Shown piece after piece: positions 60,453 to 64,000 of a stretch of DNA of 64,000 nucleotides. The notes beneath the pieces are model-generated. The model saw nothing but the letters and a program-made list of their open reading frames with translations. It searched no databases and was not told the origin of the DNA. Origin of the DNA: Octopus sinensis (lineage: Eukaryota); the NCBI RefSeq assembly GCF_006345805.1, contig NC_043022.1:23436001-23500000 (forward strand), written 5' to 3'. The translations under genes and the position numbers were made by a program. Positions within the stretch are counted from its first letter, which is position 1; the number at the start of each line of letters is the position of its first letter.

Positions 60453-62015
60453 TTTAATAGATACATCATTGTGATATTTGCTACTCATATAAATGATGGT
60501 GATGCTGGTGGTTGTGTCACATGGAGCAGTTTTAAAGTAAGTTACAGTTGAGCCTAAATCTCCATAAGTGTTTCTTTTTATTTTTGATCTCAATAATCCT
60601 TTATCATTTCTTGTTTCAGTCATTTGACAGTAACCATGCTGGGGTATGACCTTGAAAAGTTTGATTGAACAAATAGACCCCTGTACTTATTTTTTAAGCT
60701 TGGTACTTATTCTCTTAATCACCTTTGCTGAACTGCTAAATTATGAGGATGTAAACAAACCAACAGTGGTTGTTAAGCAGTGGTGAGCGACAAATACAAA
60801 GATGCACATACATGTGTGTCTGTGTGTTTGTGTATGTATGTATGTATATATATATATATATATATCTTTTATCTTTTACTTGTTTCATTCATCTAAAGGA
60901 TTTTAGTTAAACAAATCGACCCCAGTTAAACATTGGGGTCGATGCAATTGACTAACCCCCTGCCCCAAAATTTCACATCTTGTGCTTTAGAAGAAAGAAT
61001 TATTTGGCTTCCGTGCCAGTGGCACATAAAAGGCACCATTTGAGTGTGATCGTTACCAGGATCGCCTTACTTATGCCCTGTGCTAGTAGGATGCTAGGAG
61101 CACCATCAAAGCATGATCATTACCAGAGCAGCTAACTGGCTTCCATGCCGGTGGTACGTAAAAACACCCACTACACTCTCGGAGTGGTTGGCGTTAGGAA
61201 GGGCATCCAGCTGTAGGAACTCTGCCAGATCAAGATTGGAGCCTGGTGCAGCCATCTGGCTCGCCACCCCTCAGTCAAATCGTCCAACCCATGCTAGCAT
61301 GGAAAGCGGATGTTAAACGATGATGATGATGATGATGATTGTGATTAATGTTGCTACTGTTGTATTTACTTTTTGTTATGTCTTTTGTAGGTATTTTCTT
61401 AAGATTTAAATACGTTCCCCAGGAAAACATTAAGTAAAACCATTCCTGCAACACAGCAGAACAGTTTCGAAATGTTGAACAAAAGTTTCTTTAAAAGAAA
61501 ATTTATACCTGCAAATCTAAGAACTCAATTAAATATTTACCTTTTCAATTAAAAAGTGATTTTCATTGAAATAATATTGTTGTTGTTATTTAAACCCAGG
61601 TCAGCTCTAATTGAGTAGACCTATGATGGAAAAATAATCAGGTGTGTATTTTTTTATTATTATTATTCAGATAGTGTGCATTCAGCACTACATAATTCAA
61701 TGTGTCCTTCTCACTTTATGATGCTAAGGTTTAATGTTAGGTAGATTTGGTTGCTATTTCTAGCAAGTTGAGCTATTGTGTAGTTTTCTTATCAGGAAGT
61801 ATGCACTTCATTGGTTTAAATGAACAACAATAATATTTTAATTGTCCTTTTACTTACTTCAATCAGTAGACTGTGGCCATGCTGGGGCACTGCTTAAAAG
61901 GATTTAGTAAAATCGATCCCAGCACTCTGGTGCTCATTTTGTTGGTCTCTTTTGCTGAATTGCTAAGTTATGGGTATGTTAACAAACCAACACTGGTTTT
62001 CAGTGGTGGGAGAGA

Positions 62016-62050
<35 letters not shown>

Positions 62051-63322
62051 CTCACACTCGTACATGTATGTACTCACACTCGTACACACGTGTGTGCATG
62101 GGTGTGAAAAGTGTTCTCAAACTATGGAATGAAAGCTGTGAGTCTGAAGAAATAAATTCACTTCAACGGTGGGAAAAAATGCTAATTGTTTTTTTAATTA
62201 TGAAACTCAATTCAAAAGAGAGTACAGTTCAGTTAACTCCTTTCTGAAAAATTCCAGAATGAAAACATATTTAGAAATGAATAACAACTGACTAGACCAA
62301 ACTATAAACATTTAAAAGAACACAACCAAACAAATCTAACCTCTCACCTGCAAGTAAATCGTTTTCAAACTAGGAATAGGGAAACCTCATAAATAAGAAA
62401 TACTAGAAGAAACTACAACAGAGTTAGTACTAATTTTTCTCTGGCTGTGTGGTAATTAGCTTGCTTACCAACCACATGGTTCTGGATTCAGTCCCACTGT
62501 GTCTGACAAAAAAATTTTTGGCAAACACATGGGAGCCTCAAAACTACCCACCCCTGCCCTGTAATGAAAAATTCATATTAATGTACAATGGATAGATAGA
62601 GGAACTGGATAGTGAAGTAAATTTGTGAGACAGAATAGTCAAGGTGGATATAGCAGGTGTAAAAGGTTTGCCCGAGAAGGATTATTGTGTGCTGATGAAC
62701 CTGGAGAACCTGTGAAAGGTGCATAGGTATATAGAAAACTGTGACTGTGAATGGTGGTCCAAAAAATAGACAGCAGCACAATGCCGAAAAAAAATAGAAT
62801 ATGGTACGTGGACACTTTAAAAAACAGAGATGGATTAACTATTGTGTAAATAATTGTGCTCAAATGATATATCAAATTGGCTGTTACAAAGGGTCTTGCT
62901 ACAGGTTCAATGAAGTCATTCGGAGGTGGGGCCGAGCGACTTCATTTCATCTTTCATTGTATAATTTCATTCATTTATTTTTTTGTCCCCACTATGTGCT
63001 GTTCCCTCTGTGTAAGACCTTTATGGCCATAAAATAAAATAAGATGAGAAATTGCAAGAAGTTGAAAAGTGTTGTTCGTGAATTCGTGGAGTTGCAGGAA
63101 GTCAAAAGGTGTCGTTCGTGAGTTTGTGGTGCTGCAGAAAATTGTTGAAAAGTTGTTATTGTTTGTTGAGAGTTGTTTTGGATTGGTTACATTTGTTGGT
63201 AGAGTATTTGGGAACACATCAAGTGGAAACAGTTGGTGTCTACCACGTTACGTGGTACCATATATCACACTGTATTAGTACACGACACTAAGGTGATATA
63301 TACAGAAACCACATTATAAAAA

Positions 63323-64000
63323 TGGCAACGAGTTGATTCGAAGCTTACGTTGGTCATTAGCAATTTTTTATGATAAAAAAATTCATTAATTATGGAAGAC
63401 CTATTAACTTGTTTGTTCCTTCTTGAGCCATGCCTGGCTCATAAGGGCAGGTTTCCTTGGTGTATAGGTTCCCCACCTGGACGGGACGCCGGTCCGTCAC
63501 AGGTGAGCTGCAAGATGCAGGAGGAAAGGGTGAGAGAAAGTTGTGGTGAAAGAGTCAGCAGAAGTTTGCCATTACCTTCTGCCAGAGCCGTGTGAAGTTT
63601 AGGTGTTTTTGCTCATAAACACACACATCGCCTGATCTGAGATTCGAACCCGTGATCCCTTGACCGCGAGTCCGCTGCTCTAACCACTAGGCCATGTACC
63701 TCCACTACGTATTAACTGCCACATTACAGTTGCAAAAGCAACAGCAGCATACAATCGGTTGCTGGAACTGATGTTGAAGTCGAGAAACACTGCAAGTTCA
63801 TTTTCGTCAGAGAGCATAGCGAATGCTATAACTGAATTTAGTTATAACCCAGAAGAGGGTATAACTTTTTCGGTGTACTTCAGAAGATACAAAGAAATCT
63901 TCAAGGAAAAAGATACGAAGAAATCTTCAAGACAATGGAAAGTGAAAACTACTGTTGCAGAAAAATACTGCAATTTTACCTTGTCTAAAAAAAAGTGAAA
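63323..64000 (+). mobile_element. Gypsy/Ty3 LTR retrotransposon relic: PBS-like site plus gag fragment, running off the right edge
   Basis: TGGCAACGAG at 63323-63332 is one mismatch from TGGCGACGAG, the complement of the tRNA-Ser(GCT) 3' end. SIANAITEFSYNPEEGITFSVYFRRYKEIF...KYCNFTL resembles invertebrate Gypsy gag N-termini. It is interrupted by a family-C SINE at 63410-63709 (TSD tattaact). Confidence 0.7.

Noticed and set aside
62595-62940. Purine-rich stretch reading RIVKVDIAGVKGLPEKDYCVLMNLENL
   Set aside because: It looks like decayed coding sequence but has multiple stops, and I could not assign a family. A tblastx or HMM search would be needed.

Overview
AT-rich, repeat-dense eukaryotic DNA whose SINE and microsatellite content points to an octopus (coleoid cephalopod) genome; this is inferred from memory of the repeat families, not from a database search. 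The only complete protein-coding gene is major vault protein (MVP) on the + strand. It has 14 coding exons (18087-46983), all with GT-AG introns and compatible phases, totalling 2616 nt (871 aa plus stop), followed by AATAAA at 47505. The rest is mostly mobile DNA: at least four tRNA-derived SINE families, RTE and CR1 LINE 3' ends, a Penelope RT relic, Helitrons, mariner/Tc1 relics, a GG-terminated MITE with 8-bp TSDs, TTAA piggyBac-like MITEs, foldback elements, mini/microsatellites, a decayed ankyrin-like exon and the start of a Gypsy LTR element. The most notable signal is a set of short non-autonomous elements carrying minimal type-I hammerhead ribozyme motifs of the Penelope type. These include a tandem pair able in principle to dimerise, a tRNA-headed SINE fused to a hammerhead tail, and an inverted pair. 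Every intact motif inside MVP is antisense to the gene. Most ORFs in the supplied track are artefacts of microsatellites and SINEs. No prokaryotic features or CRISPR arrays are present.
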